The position numbers and the translations under genes were made by a program. Under the pieces are notes generated by a model that was given only the letters and a program-made list of their open reading frames with translations, did no database searches and was not told the DNA's origin. A stretch of 63,592 nt of DNA, filler included, from Octopus bimaculoides (Eukaryota): NCBI RefSeq assembly GCF_001194135.2. It is 9 parts of 8 records of this genome, joined end to end, with 100 filler letters (N's around TTAATTAATTAA, not from the genome) between each part and the next. Parts side by side here need not be neighbours in the genome. Positions count along the whole stretch, not along the records: positions 22,475 to 27,337 come from NC_068984.1; positions 27,438 to 37,746 come from NC_068985.1; positions 37,847 to 39,589 come from NW_026393644.1; 6 more parts are not named here. One strand, 5' to 3'. Within the stretch, counting starts at the first letter, position 1, and each line of letters starts with the position of its first letter. Positions 25,271 to 38,673 of the stretch are shown here, piece after piece.

Positions 25271-26150
25271 TATTATTGTTGTTGTTATTGTTTAACACTT
25301 GTTTAACACTTGTTTCTGTGCCTTTTTGTTATTATTGCTGCCTTTTATTACTGCCGTGATTGTTACTATTTTTCATGTTTCTGATGTTGTTATTGTAGCT
25401 CTTGATATTTCTCTCTTTCTTTCACTTTTCACCAAATTTCCCCACCTTCACCCAAATATTCTTGTTATTATTTTTACCAGTTTTCTTTTTAAGTTTGTTC
25501 CACATCACTCGTGGACATCGACTCCAAATCAAGAGCATTTTTCTTCCAGGTTGTGCGTGATGATATTGCATGTGGCAACTCTGAGATTGATGCATAGTCC
25601 TATGTCTCGCATAAGTTCACGGACATACATCATGTGAGCATACGTCATGTGGACATATGTCATGTAGACTTGATTACTAAGATCCAAGGTCCCCATGGGA
25701 TTATAAAGAAAAAGCGCAGTAACAGATCGATCTGTTCGATGAAAACAGTGGTTTTCGAATTTTAGCTGTCTTTGCTTGATTGGCTGACGAGCGGAAAAGA
25801 TCCATAGCGTGACTTGTTTGCTATGGTCAGCATATTTACTATTGTTAGTTGACATCGTTGTTCTTGCAGTTTTTGTCGTTATTATTGCCATTGTTATTCT
25901 CGTTATTGTTATTGTTTTTGGTGATTCTGTTTGAAGTCTTTTGTCATTGTTGTAATATTTCGGAATTGCATTTGCCTGGCAAGTGACTTGTTCTGAGACC
26001 GTGTGCCGGAACGGAAGCAATTACACCGGGGAAGAACCATTCTAGCCATTGAAGAAGACACTCACATACACACGCACGCACGCACGCACGCATGCACACA
26101 CACACGCACACACACACACACACTCACACACACACACACACCCACACCCA

Positions 26151-26211
<61 letters not shown>

Positions 26212-26521
26212 CCTGCAACATTCACTTTCATTTATTTCTTGAGATGGTAGAATAATCGTGACATCGCTACGAAACGGTCACTACCAGACTACTCCAATAA
26301 TAGTAGAAACTGTGTGTGTTAGTGACAAGATCGCAGTGGTTTAATATCTCATGGAATATTAAAGTATATTTAAATCTTTTGTACATATTTGAATGGCTTT
26401 CAATGTTGCTCTTTCATATGTTATAAAATATGGTGTTGTAACTGTTCTTGTTGGTATTTGTGCTGTTACTTTAGATGTTTCCTTATTGCCCAACTTTCAT
26501 GTCTTGTTAATAATAATAATG

Positions 26522-26585
<64 letters not shown>

Positions 26586-26613
26586 TAATAATAATAATAA
26601 TGATAATAATAAT

Positions 26614-26730
26614 AAGTGGATACGGAGCTCAGGGCTAAAGGCAGAGGGTGAAGGCTTATTCTTGGTTGCTCAAGACCAGAGCTTATTGACTCGGAACTAT
26701 CAAGCCAATGTGATGAAAAATGCAAAAGAT
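26614..26730 (+). pseudogene. R4/Dong-like non-LTR fragment directly after (AAT)n
   Basis: KWIRSSGLKAEGEGLFLVAQDQSLLTRNYQ is homologous to WM..SDLKIATETLVCAAQEQALRTNY at ~51920-52010. Confidence 0.75.
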
Positions 26731-27143
26731 TGTTTTAACTGGTACGTCACACGTACTGAGAAGAGCATTGTCGCTGTGAATTTTCTTTTCTTTATTCCCT
26801 TTATTTTCTTTCTTTACTTTTTGTTTTCTTTATTCTCTGTCTTTCCTCCCCCTTTTCTCTATCACGACTTTGTAAATAAACAATCTGGTGTGTTTATTTT
26901 AATGACCTACCAATCTATAAAGTGCGTTTCTCTGCTCTAGCGTCAGGAAGACACTCGGCAAGGAATGGAAACAGAACTGAAAGAAGATGATAATGAAAAT
27001 AATAATAATGATAATAATAATAATAATTACCTATGAATTTGCGTGTGTAAATTGGGAATGCATACAACGTTTCTCTGCCCTAGGTGTACGGAAAACACTC
27101 GGCGAGAAATGGTAAAAAATTTGAAGAAAGAAGAAAAAAAAAC

Positions 27144-27182
<39 letters not shown>

Positions 27183-27185
<3 letters not shown>

Positions 27186-27337
27186 CAGCTGGCATTATCA
27201 ATGAAGGTAGCCACAATTGGCCTAGACACCTATCTGAAAAACTCTGAGGACTGGATGCTAAAACTTGTCTTAAAACATGACAGCAAGAAAGCATCTTACT
27301 CAGTAACAAAACAGGCAAAGGACTATCTAAGTGAATT
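27183..27337 (+). pseudogene. R4/Dong-like non-LTR fragment directly after (AAT)n
   Basis: QLALSMKVATIGLDTYLKNSEDWMLKLVLKH resembles the post-RT region of RLE-type elements. Confidence 0.6.
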
Positions 27338-28156
27338 NNNNNNNNNNNNNNNNNNNNNNNNNNNNNNNNNNNNNNNNNNNNTTAATTAATTAANNNNNNN
27401 NNNNNNNNNNNNNNNNNNNNNNNNNNNNNNNNNNNNNTATATATATATATAAATAAATATATATATATATATATATATAAATATATATGTATATCTATAT
27501 ATTTATGTTTCTGTGTATGTTTGTATTTGCGTGTGTGTGTTTGTGTGTCCATGTGTGTGCATGTGTATATGAATGTGTATCTCTGTATTTGTGGTTGCGT
27601 GTGCGTGTATACATAAGTGTAGATTCGTATATAGGTGGCTATGCGCGTGTATGGATATGCGGTTGTGCATATGTCTGTATATGTGTTGCATGTGCATGTG
27701 AATATGTACGCATATTCACATGTTTATACATATATGTATACATATGTTTATATGTGTTTACATGTATATGTGAGAAACGTTTACATATACCTACGTTTGT
27801 AGGAGCGCGCGCGCGTATTTGTGGATTTACCTTTGTCGATGTGTGTGTGTGTGTGATGTTTATATAAATGCATGTCTCTTGAAAGTTAGCTGGGTGCCAT
27901 AAGCTACCTACATTTTCATTGGATTTGGATCAGTTGTCATGGTAACCAAGATTTGGTTTCCGCAGGTTTCTTATTGTTCATCATCCTTATACGAATGTTA
28001 AACAACAAACAGCATGCTTTTTATGTTTGTATGCGTGTTAATGCGTACGTGCTTGTGTGTTCATTGTTATGGATATATTTATACGTGTGTTCGTATGTGT
28101 GTACATTTTATCTGAGTGAAAATCAAAGACAAAATCAAAAGAAAACACGTCCTTTT

Positions 28157-28542
28157 GTGGCTGTGTGGTAAGTAGCTTGCATACCAACCACATGGTTCCG
28201 GGTTCAGTCCCACTGCATGGCATCTTGGGCAGGTGTCTCCTACTATAGCTTCGGGCCGACCAAAGCCTTGTGAGTGGATTTGGTAGACGGAAACTGAAAG
28301 AAGCCCGTCGTATATATGTGTGTGTTTGTGTGTCTGTGTTTGTGTGTCTGTGTTTGTCCCCCCAGCATTGCTTGACAACCGATGCTGGTGTGCTTATGTC
28401 CCTGTCACTTAGCGGTTCGGCAAAATAGACTGATAGAATAAGTACTAGGTTTACAAAGAATAAGTCCCGGGGTCGATTTGCTCGACTAAAGGCGGTGCTG
28501 CAGCATGGCCACAGTCAAATGACTGAAACAAGTAAAAGAGTA
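28157..28542 (+). mobile_element. SINE family A (full length)
   Basis: High identity to 381-770. Confidence 0.9.
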
Positions 28543-28995
28543 ACTCTTCCTACAATAGACCCAAAGCCTGAAATTTTGGTGGCAAGAGCTAGTCGATTAC
28601 ATTGACCTAGTGTTCAAGTGATACTTATTTCATTGACCCTGAAAGGATGAAAGGCAAAGTTGACCTCGGCGGAATTTGATCTCAGAACATAAAGACGGAT
28701 GAAATGCCCCTAAACATCTTGCTCAGTGTGCTCACGGTCCCGCCAGCTCGCCGCCTTTTTTTCCTACTTTTGATAATGGTTTCATAATTCAGTACAAGGT
28801 CAGAAATTTTTGGAGGAGGCGTCTGGTTGATTACATCGGCATAAGTGCTCAACTCACTTTTTATTTATCGACCTAAAAAGGAATGAACGGTAAAGTCGAT
28901 TCCCGCTGAATTTGAACTCAGAACCTAAGGAGTCCGTAGAAATGCTGGTAGGCATTTTCTCCGACGCGCTATCGGTTATGTCAGCTTACAGCTTC
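28543..28995 (-). mobile_element. Two tandem SINE family C copies (~28543-28757, ~28778-28995)
   Basis: Both are reverse complements of family C. Confidence 0.85.
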
Positions 28996-30093
28996 CTTTT
29001 TGTATCTAATAATTCAATGGGATATAATTTCGGTGTATTGATAAAGAATAAGAAGTGTTCAAATATTCATAAAGTACTATTGCTTATGTGAGGAAGCGAT
29101 GAGGAATCGACTTCGAATATTTTAATTCATCAACCCCAGAGAAATAAGACTTTAATATAGGTGATAATTGAACTCAGGATTTAGAAGAATGAAACGAAAT
29201 TTACTTTTGCGCTTAACTGTTTCAACGACCACTTGAGTTAGACCTAGATTTGATCAGGAAATTAGCGTTATCGCTTTATTTATCGCGCAATCTGTTTGTG
29301 TTCTTGTAATGTACAGTGGTGAAAAGAACAAACCATATAGACAATGCGGTTTCGATTCGATGTGGAGACAATATATTTAAAAAGTCTTGCTTATCTCAAG
29401 TCATGAGAGTTAACATCTTGCATTCATACATCTTCCTCTGAGCCTTTGACATGTAGCACAAGGAAGGCTGAAGGCATACTTTTTAAGCTACACGCCACTG
29501 TTTATAAATATATATAAAAAGATAAACCCTTAAAATTCTTATAAAAATCTAACCATCTGATATGTTGATTATCCGTATTTCTATCTGATGACCGAAATAT
29601 TATTTTAAGTATACTGGCTTGCCAGCCACCTAGTTATTACTCTAACAAAAAAAGTAGCCGATTTCTTATTCAGCCACATTTCTGTCCCAGCCCCTCACTT
29701 ACTCACGCACACATACAAATACAGATTTTGATGAGATGGTCGTAGTAACCTGGATTCGAGATACTTGATTATTGTCTTTTTACATGGCCAGATGTCACGA
29801 CTCTTGTCTCTTCAGAGAAGACTCATAATTATAATTCATGTAGGTGGTGATAACTCAATTATATAAGTAGGGGTTTTCACAATGAATCGAAAGTTACTTT
29901 TTAATTGAAAGAAGGGAACAAAAATCTAGGAGCGTTTGTCATTGATTCTCAAAGAAAAGAGAAAATAATTTCAGCAAGTTCAGAATTATTTTTATCGAAA
30001 ATGAATTTTCCTGCTTAGAGAAAACATTACCATCTACCTGGATTATTCCAATTCATGATTGTTATTAACAATAATTTTTTGAATATTAACGCG

Positions 30094-30175
<82 letters not shown>

Positions 30176-30264
30176 TGTCTGTGTATATATCATATTTATT
30201 TGTATATCCATGTGTCATATGTATGTATCTGTATATATATTATGTACACACACCTAGCTCTAGC

Positions 30265-30328
<64 letters not shown>

Positions 30329-30861
30329 CATACATACATACATATATATCTGTATGTATGTATGTATGTATGTATATATGTATGTATGTATGTATGTATG
30401 TGTGTGTGTAGGTATATATGCTTGTATGTGTATGTATATGTTGAGGTAAAGAGAGAGAGAGAGCGATAGAGAGATAGAGAGAGAGAGCGATAGAGAGATA
30501 GAGAGAGGGAATAAAGAGGGAGAAAGAAGGAGGGAGAGAAAGAAGAGAGGAGACTGAGGAAGTTCAATAAATTGGTGAAAACAATAATAATAATAAGAAG
30601 AAGAAATATAAAAGCTGAGGAGATGTTTCGTGGCAACGATTCAACTGGCAGAAACCCAACATGCAAATATGGTTCACTCCCATCATGCCAGGAACGCAAA
30701 AATCCGGCCATAAACGCTTCTAGTCTCCCTGTCTTGGAGACAGGAACCGGTCCTTTACATTGAGATAATTACAGTGAACCGACTAGTTTAGCTATGATGA
30801 AGCCAAAATTATCTTTCCTCTCAGCTTCAAACGAGAAGAATTTTTCAGAACAAACCGATAT

Positions 30862-30905
<44 letters not shown>

Positions 30906-31800
30906 TTGTTCTTATTTTCCATCTATCTTTATTTTTTCTTCCATCATCTCTACATTTTTTTACAAACAGATACTTCGTACATCCATCACTACTTGCTATT
31001 CGAAATTCCTGTCAGAGATATAGACACATCTCTCTCCTTCTGTCTGTATAACTTTCTTTCCATTTCCTTGAATGTAAAATAGGATCTATCTGTTTATGTA
31101 TGTATGTATGTATGTATATATGTATGTCATTGTTCAGTTTTATTTCAAGATTTCTTGCCAATAGAAAAAGACCAAGTTTCTAACCTAGATCCAAAGCTCC
31201 TTCATTGAAATTTCAACCTCAACAACAGAGTATGTATGTATGCATGTATGTATGCATGTATGTATGCATGTATGTATGCATGTATGTATGCATGTATGTA
31301 TGTATGCATGTATGTATGTAAATATGTATGTAAATATGTTTTGTTTTATGTATCTATTCTCATGCATATAGTTGCATTTCTAGACATACTCATATATATT
31401 TAAATGATAAACTTCTGGAAAGTTTTACAGATTTTTACAGTTCCAGTGATGGATTGGATCTGTAGCCTTCGAATTAGCTTTCTCCTTTCTGGTTTTGAGA
31501 AGCCTAATCTCTCAAGATTGGTGTTTAGGCAGTGTTACGTAACCAAGTACACGGCACTGATGATACCAGTTGATGTCATTTACACCCTGATCAGTCAGCC
31601 TCGATGAAACAAACCTATGATCAAATGCGTTCCAGATGTGACCATTCCATCTTTTTGCTTATCTAAGTACACATTTGTTGTCGAGTCCTTCATTTTTGGT
31701 TAAACGCAGAGCGTAATATGAGGGAGTGTATAACTATTTTTCGAGCAGCTCAAGCTATAACTAGCAGATTCAATGTATAAAGTATTTGTGAATAGTAGTA

Positions 31801-32385
31801 ATTGGTTTCTGTTACTGGAACAAGGTAATAAATTTTAATTTATGAGGTATAATCGATTGAGTTCGCACCAAAGATACTTTATTTTATCGCGTCGATCTCA
31901 GTCTAATATTTGCGCTGCGTCCAATGCGGAAGGCCGACCGTATCGTCGCGACCGAGGGTCGAGCGCGGGTGCACTGCCCTGGACCGCCGAGCGGGCGCCG
32001 GCGGCGAGCGGTGGCGCGAAGCCGCGGCTGCTGCCGAACGCCGTTTTTCGGCCCGACGCCCGGGTGCGACCTGTGATCGCAGCTTCGGTTGCATGTATTA
32101 GCTCTAGAATTGCCACAGTTATCCACTCTCCTCGCGGTGAGGAATACGGTCCCGAGGATTAGGTCCGGTTCCTGAGCCATTCGCGGTTTCACCATTCGTT
32201 TACGGCATGAACTTACACTTGCATGGCTTAAGCTTTGAGACAAGCATATGACTACCGGCAGGATCAACCAGGTATCGAATGGTGGCTCATAAAGCAAAGT
32301 AGATTTCGCCAAGATTTGAACTCCGAAGCTATAGAGCTGCATAATTAAATAAGGCATTTTGTCCGACGATTTAACGCTCCAGCAA
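31801..32385 (-). mobile_element. Old SINE family C copy split by the 18S insertion (3' part 31801-31889, 5' part ~32278-32385)
   Basis: Left part ATTGGTTTC..CAAGG..AATCGAT..TACTT.ATTTTATCG; right part GCAAAGT.GA.TTCG...GATTTGAACTC.GAA..GCATTTTGTCCG. Collinear with minus-strand family C. Confidence 0.75.
31890..32274 (-). rRNA. 18S rRNA: Dispersed 5' fragment (385 nt) of 18S rRNA (non-functional copy)
   Basis: Reverse complement begins TACCTGGTTGATCCTGCCGGTAGTCATATGCTTGTCTCAAAG..GGTGAAACCGCGAATGGCTC..GGATAACTGTGGCAATTCTAGAGCTAATACATGC, followed by a long GC-rich V2 expansion. Confidence 0.97.
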
Positions 32386-32569
32386 TCCTAACAGTAATTG
32401 ATAATTAATTTCATTTCAGGGCATTTAATGAATCAGTAATTAATAAATAGAATGGGTATACCATAGTTTTTCACCCATCAATATTGCTTCTGTTTTCCTC
32501 CTTACAGCGTCTTTTCTCTTCCCACATCAATCTATTCCTCTAATTAACCATTTTCTCATTCGATTCTTT

Positions 32570-32940
<371 letters not shown>

Positions 32941-33438
32941 ACCTTCTTAACACATTCAGCGCGTCATTATCAAACTCCTTGGGAAACTAATTGCCAGATT
33001 TAGTTTCCTTTTTTTTTCAGCTCAGTTCTTTAAGCTGTGAATAACTCTATGAGAAGCCAATCGATGTTGAACAGATGTGAAGTCCTGTTTCATCTCATTA
33101 TGCAACCCGGTTAGGACTCTTAGCTTTTGCTATTGCACTCCTCTAACAGCCGCTAATATCATTGAAAAAGGTACAAACTCTACAGAATTTCATTTTTTTT
33201 TAAATTCAAAGACTTAAAACAATTTAATATTGAATTAAGATGTCAACAATCCTGTCTTAGAAAATCAGCAATCTCCATAAAGTCTTAACAGCCTGAGTCG
33301 GTGGACCGGATTCATTTCCGGTTGAAGTGATCTAATTGAATTGATTTCATTGTTGATGTTGCTTACCCCAAGGTCATCCATAATCTTGCGGCTCTATGAG
33401 CGAAATCGACCCACCTGAATTCATTCCACTTTTGTACA

Positions 33439-33502
33439 TGCGTGTCTGTGTGGTTAAGAAGCTTGGTTAGCAAATTTGGTGGACAGAAATTGTCAAAGCC
33501 CG

Positions 33503-33592
<90 letters not shown>

Positions 33593-33826
33593 TTGTATGT
33601 ATGTGTCGCTGTCTGTTGTTGTGTTTGTCCCCTACCGCCGATTTACAGCCGGTACTGGTTTGTTTGCGTCCTAGTAAATTAGCGGTTCGACAAAAAACGC
33701 CGATAGAATAAGTGCTAGACTTAAAAAAGAATAAGTACAGGGTCGATTTATTCGACTAAACCCCATTCAAAGTAGTGCTCCAGCGTGACCGCAGTCCAAT
33801 GGTTGAAACACGTAAAGGATGAAAGA
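33439..33826 (+). mobile_element. SINE family A-related subfamily copy
   Basis: GTGTCTGTGTGGTTAAGAAGC head (internally deleted), GTTTGTCCCC..TTAGCGGTTCG..CGATAGAATAAGT..TGAAACACGTAAAG. Confidence 0.8.
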
Positions 33827-34244
33827 GATCAGATATGTAACCTGGTTTCCTATTTATTCAAGTCGCTAGTGTGTGATGTGATGGAGAATTAGCTGCTATT
33901 TCCAGCATGTTTAGAAGCCACATAGAGGTTTCCTCGTCGACTCATTGATTTCAATTCGTTGGCTGACGGCACTGGAAAAAATGCATGAGTATGATAATAT
34001 TTCTGAGATCAAAATCAGGTAATCAACCATTGGATGGCAACGCTAATTAAGAATTGCCAGGTATTTTGTAATTATTAGTTAAATAGGTACTAATATACTT
34101 GATGTAATGAACCAAGAAATTTTAATTAATTATAATTACACCCTTGGTATAGACATGAGAAAATGTCACAATTTCAATGACTAACTCTGGTCAAGAAAAT
34201 CAGGGGAGATAACACAACCCAAAATTAAAATATCAAAAATATTC

Positions 34245-34452
34245 ATTTCTGTTATAGGCATAAAGCCTGAAATTTTGGGTGAGGGGTTTAGTCGATTACA
34301 TTGACCCCAGTGCTCAACTGGTACTTATTTCATTGACCCTGAAAGGATAAAAGGCAAAATCTATCTCGGCGGAATTTGAACTCAGAACGTAAAGACAGAT
34401 CAAATGCGGCTAAACATTTTGTCCAGCGAGTTAACGATTCAGCCATCTCATG
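34245..34452 (-). mobile_element. SINE family C
   Basis: Reverse complement of family C. Confidence 0.88.
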
Positions 34453-34594
34453 AGGAAGCGAGTCTGGTATTTAGCAGAAGAGGAGACAACTTTGATGATG
34501 TTTTGGTTAACCTCTTCACTGAAATATAATTTAACTGTAACCACCAACAGATTTTAGAATAACAAGAGAATTTTTTCAAATCACAAACTCTCAG

Positions 34595-34948
34595 GCGCAG
34601 GAGTGGCTGTGTGGCTTGCTTACCAACCACATGGTTCCGGGTTCAGTCCCACTGCGTGGCACCTTGGGCAAGTGTCTTCTACTATAGCCTCGGGCCGACC
34701 AAAGCCTTGTGAGTGGATTTGGTAGACGGAAACTGAAAGAAGCCCGTTGTATATATGTATATATATATGTATGTGTGTTTGTGTGTCTGTGTTTGTCCCC
34801 CTACCATCGCTTGACAACCGATGCTGGTGTGTTTACGTCCCCGTAACTTAGCGGTTCGGTAAAAAGAGACCGATAGAATAAGTACTAGGCTTACAAAGTA
34901 CTAGGCTTACAAAGTACTAGGCTTACAAAGAATAAGTTCTGGGGTCGA
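34595..34948 (+). mobile_element. SINE family A with an internal 16-bp triplication, 3'-truncated
   Basis: Matches 377-710; (AGTACTAGGCTTACAA)x3 at 34881-34928. Confidence 0.9.
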
Positions 34949-35114
34949 TTTACATTTATTTGAACTTAAATCATATACTAATCTAGTGTATAGAACATCA
35001 ACTGAGGGGAGGTGATGGTGGTGGCTTCTACCATATCTTAAATCCCATATGACTGGGGACTACAAGTGAACTTATATCCCCACTGAAACTCCGAGCATTA
35101 ACTCTACACCTCAG

Positions 35115-35263
35115 CTGTGAATGACGACTACGGTTACGCGCTATCCGATGCGCTTGCTTTTTGGGCCGCAAATAGCCTCCACTGCGGTCGACGGTCAGAT
35201 GCGGTCAGCATTTGTGAAGGACGTGATGAACTCGTTGGTCGGACTCGGCTCAATCTACGCCGG
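35115..35263 (+). CDS. Internal exon of host gene (xVNDDYGYALSDALAFWAANSLHC..ELVGRTRLNLRR)
   Basis: CCTCAG acceptor, CGG|GTAAAT donor (phase 0), GC-richer unique sequence. LNLRR joins naturally to VKLVLY of the next exon. An alternative in-frame donor GTAAGT follows 35281. Confidence 0.6.
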
Positions 35264-35454
35264 GTAAATACCGCCGCAAGTGTAAGTGTAGGTACCATGT
35301 TACATTGTAATCAAAGCTGTGCTCAGAATCTGAGTTTGATGTACTTTAAGTCATCGCTTTTGTTTAATTTCAAATCAGCTCCGATCGATTAGCGGGGATC
35401 ATCCTGCATTTGCTTTTTATATTTCAGACATTGTTCAATGTGCTTTCATTTTTT

Positions 35455-35540
35455 AAGACGGTAGGGTGGCGTCTAAGGGAGAGTTTGGTTGCTATTTCCA
35501 GCAAATCGCGAGACCAACCAGACGCCGTCACGTTGGCTCG
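35455..35540 (+). repeat. Dispersed repeat family E fragment
   Basis: G.G.GATTT.GCTGCTATTTC.AGCA core also seen near 33870-33950 (+) and at 4925-4990, 23790-23830, 23970-24030 and 54375-54420 (-). Confidence 0.45.
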
Positions 35541-36680
35541 AAAATTCATATGATTTAATAAGCGTCAAATTTTTGTATTTCCTGTATTCCTAAAATCTTG
35601 CTTTTTTTGCTTAAAGGACTCTGTAGTTCTGGAATGAATGTCACGCTGTCAAAGATCTATCCGTATCCCTAAAGATCTCAGACTTCATGCCTACGCAAGA
35701 AGCTGTAATTCTACCTCTGCCTTCGAGCTAATCCTACACAACGTAGTAAAGAAATCTCATTTTCGTTGGTCTCCAGCGAAGCAGACGATAAATGTGAAGT
35801 GGTTACATACCAAATGCAGAACGGATGGAAAGGAAAGTATAAATGGAGAAAAAATAAACTAACAAAAAAAAAAAAAAAAAAAAAAAGCATGGATTTCATG
35901 GCACAGCGGACAAGAAAGTGAGAAATAGAGAGAGGGAGAGAGAAAGAAATGACAAAAGGGAGGAGATAGATAGAGAGAGAGAGAGAAGAGGAGAGAAAGG
36001 AATGACAAAAGAGAGGGGATAGAGAGGGAGAGAAGGGGAAGAAAGATTAGTTATATTCAAAGACAAAGAAATCTACTTGGCTACTGAATGATAGCGGCAT
36101 TTTTCCCCCTCTTTTTTTACTTTCGCTTCAATTCATTCTCAGATTTGAAGCAAAATATAAATATATAAATATCACAAAACAAAGCAAAACAAAACAAAAG
36201 CCACAACAAAAAAGGGTTTGGGATTTCAAACGAAAGGGAAACTACCTGAATTGTTTGAAAAACAAAGAACTAAATATTGAAGGAGAAAAAAAAAACCCCA
36301 GAAAAACAAACAAACAGAAAAATAACCACAATAAACGAAAACTAGCTAAAAACCGTTGTTGTAAGTCTTGTTTAGTTGAAGAAAGTTAGCTTCTCTCAAG
36401 AAATCTCCATCGAAACAAAACATAAACCTACAAGAAATGTTATAAAAACTTCAAACGAAATTAATGAAACAAAGCAATGAATATTACAAAATCGTTGTTA
36501 GCAATGGAGAGGATGTCTTTGTAAATCATAACCTTTTCTAGGTATAGTTTGCTCGGATTCTATCATAACATTTCAACGTTTAAGGACACGGTATGATTTT
36601 GTTGACGTTACTGCATTAATACCAGATACAACGACAACAACAATAATAATAATGATAATAATAATAATGATATTGTTGTT

Positions 36681-37032
36681 GTTGGCACTCCGTCGTTTAC
36701 GACGACGAGGGTTCCAGTTGATCCGATCAACGGAACAGCCTGCTCGTGAAATTAACGTGCAAGTGGCTAAGCACTCCACAGACACTTGTACCGTTAACGT
36801 AGTTCTCGGGGATATTCAGCGTGACACAGTGTGACAAGGCTGACCCTTTGAATTACAGGCACAACAGAAACAGGAAGTAAGAGTGAGAGAAAGTTGTGGT
36901 GAAAGAGTACAACAGGGTTCGCCACCACCCCCTGCCGGAGCCTCGTGGAGCTTTAGGTGTTTTCGCTCAATAAACACTCACAACGCCCACTGCGAGTCCG
37001 CTGCCCTAACAACTGGGCCATTGCGCCTCCAC
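36681..37032 (-). mobile_element. SINE family B lacking its B-box segment
   Basis: Compared with 54938-55320 it lacks about 30 bp including GGGAATCGAAACC; flanked by (TAA)/(CAA) repeats. Confidence 0.9.
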
Positions 37033-37422
37033 AACAACAACAACTACAACAACAACAACAATAATAATAATAATAATAGTTTCAAATTTATGCACAAGGT
37101 CAGCAACTTTGAGAGGAATGTGTTTGTCGCTACCCTGGACCTCAGTATTCGACGGGTTCACACAGATTCCGTCTGTCGAGTTTACTTAGAATATATTGAT
37201 CGGTCCTATGATACTTACCCAAGGTTCAACACAGCGGGGGCTGAACCCGAAACTATGTGGTTGTAAAGTAAGCTTTGTAACCACACAGCCATACCTGTAC
37301 CTACTGTTATTTCAAAAGGACGACTCCCTTATCAATTTAGTTCTAGATATACAAAAAAAGACAAACTGGAGCAAAATAACAACAGATATTTTTCAGTAAT
37401 CCTGTGACTGGAGGAAGTAGGT

Positions 37423-37746
37423 ATAGGCGTTGTTGTGTGGTAAGAAGCTTGGTTCTTACCCACATCGTTCCGGGTTCAGTTCCATTGCGTGGCATCGTGG
37501 GTAAGTGTCTTCTACTATAGTCTTGAGCCGACCAAAGATTTATCAGTGGATTTGGAAGATGGAAAATGAAAGAAGCCTGTCGGATATGTATATATATATA
37601 TATATATTCTTTTACTTGTTTCAGTCATTTGACTGTGGCCACGCTGGAGCACCGCCTTTAGTCAAGCAAATCGACCCCAGGACTTATTCTTTGGAAGCCT
37701 AGTACTTATTCTATCGGTCTCTTTTGCCGAACCGCTAAGTTAAGGG
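37423..37746. mobile_element. SINE family A 5' half (+, ~37423-37590) joined at (TA)n to a family A 3' half (-, ~37607-37746)
   Basis: Head and CORE-like part read forward; the tail CTTTTACTTGTTTCAGTCATTTGAC reads in reverse. Confidence 0.8.
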
Positions 37747-37846
37747 NNNNNNNNNNNNNNNNNNNNNNNNNNNNNNNNNNNNNNNNNNNNTTAATTAATT
37801 AANNNNNNNNNNNNNNNNNNNNNNNNNNNNNNNNNNNNNNNNNNNN

Positions 37847-38009
37847 TGAAACTTGTATTATACGAAAACCAACAAACAGTAGTAAAGATGGTGTTTAATG
37901 GACGAAATACAAGCGTTCAAAACTGGTTTTCTGCCCAAAACCTGAAAAGTTCCCCATGGAATGATTTGCTAACGTCCAGCACGAACTACTTCTCAGTGGA
38001 TGGATATAA
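37847..38009 (+). CDS. Internal exon of host gene ((V)KLVLYENQQTVVKMVFNGRNTSVQNWFSAQNLKSSPWNDLLTSSTNYFSVDGY); acceptor hidden in N gap
   Basis: Open frame with protein-like composition, missed by the ORF track. Donor AA|GTATAT (phase 2) matches the phase of the next exon, giving joined codon AAC. Confidence 0.85.
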
Positions 38010-38223
38010 GTATATAAAAATTCTTACTCCATTTCATTTTTAGCTATTACCGAGAGGAGAATTGTTTGTAACAAATATTAATCAGTATATCCAACCTAAC
38101 TTAACGCCATAGACTGCGATAAACGTCTCGAACAATCATTTCGTTTAGACGACAAATACTAAAAAGCAACGAAATTCTATCAGTTGACTAGATTTCTTCA
38201 ACACTGGCAGCNNNNNNNNNNCT

Positions 38224-38269
38224 CTACTGTATCACGTAATTTCACCGTATTGTGGATAATCAGCAGTAG
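38224..38269 (-). ncRNA. Putative type I hammerhead ribozyme (intronic, antisense), copy a
   Basis: CUACUG-CUGAUUA-UCCACAAUACGGU-GAA-AUUACGUGAU-A-CAGUAG: perfect 6-bp stem I, self-complementary stem III, AUA triplet; G8U defect in the core. Confidence 0.65.
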
Positions 38270-38673
38270 AAAACATGAAAAAAAACCCCAGTCAAAACTT
38301 TATTGATATTTAGAATAATGCTGGCCAAATAACCAGCCCAGCGNNNNNNNNNNAAACTTTATTGATATTTAGAATAATGCTGGCCAAATAACCAGCCCAG
38401 CGATATCGCGAAGAGCTACTAGGTTGTGCATCAATTAGTTATTAGCGACAGAAGCAGCCTTTGTAGTTAATATTAGTTAGTACATCCAACCTAACCTGGA
38501 TGAGCTGTTTATGATGCCATACACTGCTGTAAACNNNNNNNNNNCCAACCTAACCTGGATGAGCTGTTTATGATGCCATACACTGCTGTAAACGTCCCGA
38601 AAAATCAATTCGTGTAGAAGACAAATGGTAAAAAGCCTCGAAATTCAATTGGTTGACTAAATTTCCTCAATAA

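Noticed and set aside
25620-25668. Three 15-bp repeats (GGACATACATCATGT-like) inside the 163-aa minus-strand ORF 25529-26020
   Set aside because: The ORF is low-complexity with no recognisable domain, and plus-strand frames after the nearby acceptor contain stops.
31842-32357. Overlapping Ala/Arg-rich ORFs
   Set aside because: Shadow translations of the GC-rich 18S fragment.
38295-38593. Two exact 49-bp direct repeats across 10-N gaps (similar case near 58214-58325)
   Set aside because: Constant k-mer-sized contig overlaps; assembly artefacts, not CRISPR-like repeats or TSDs.
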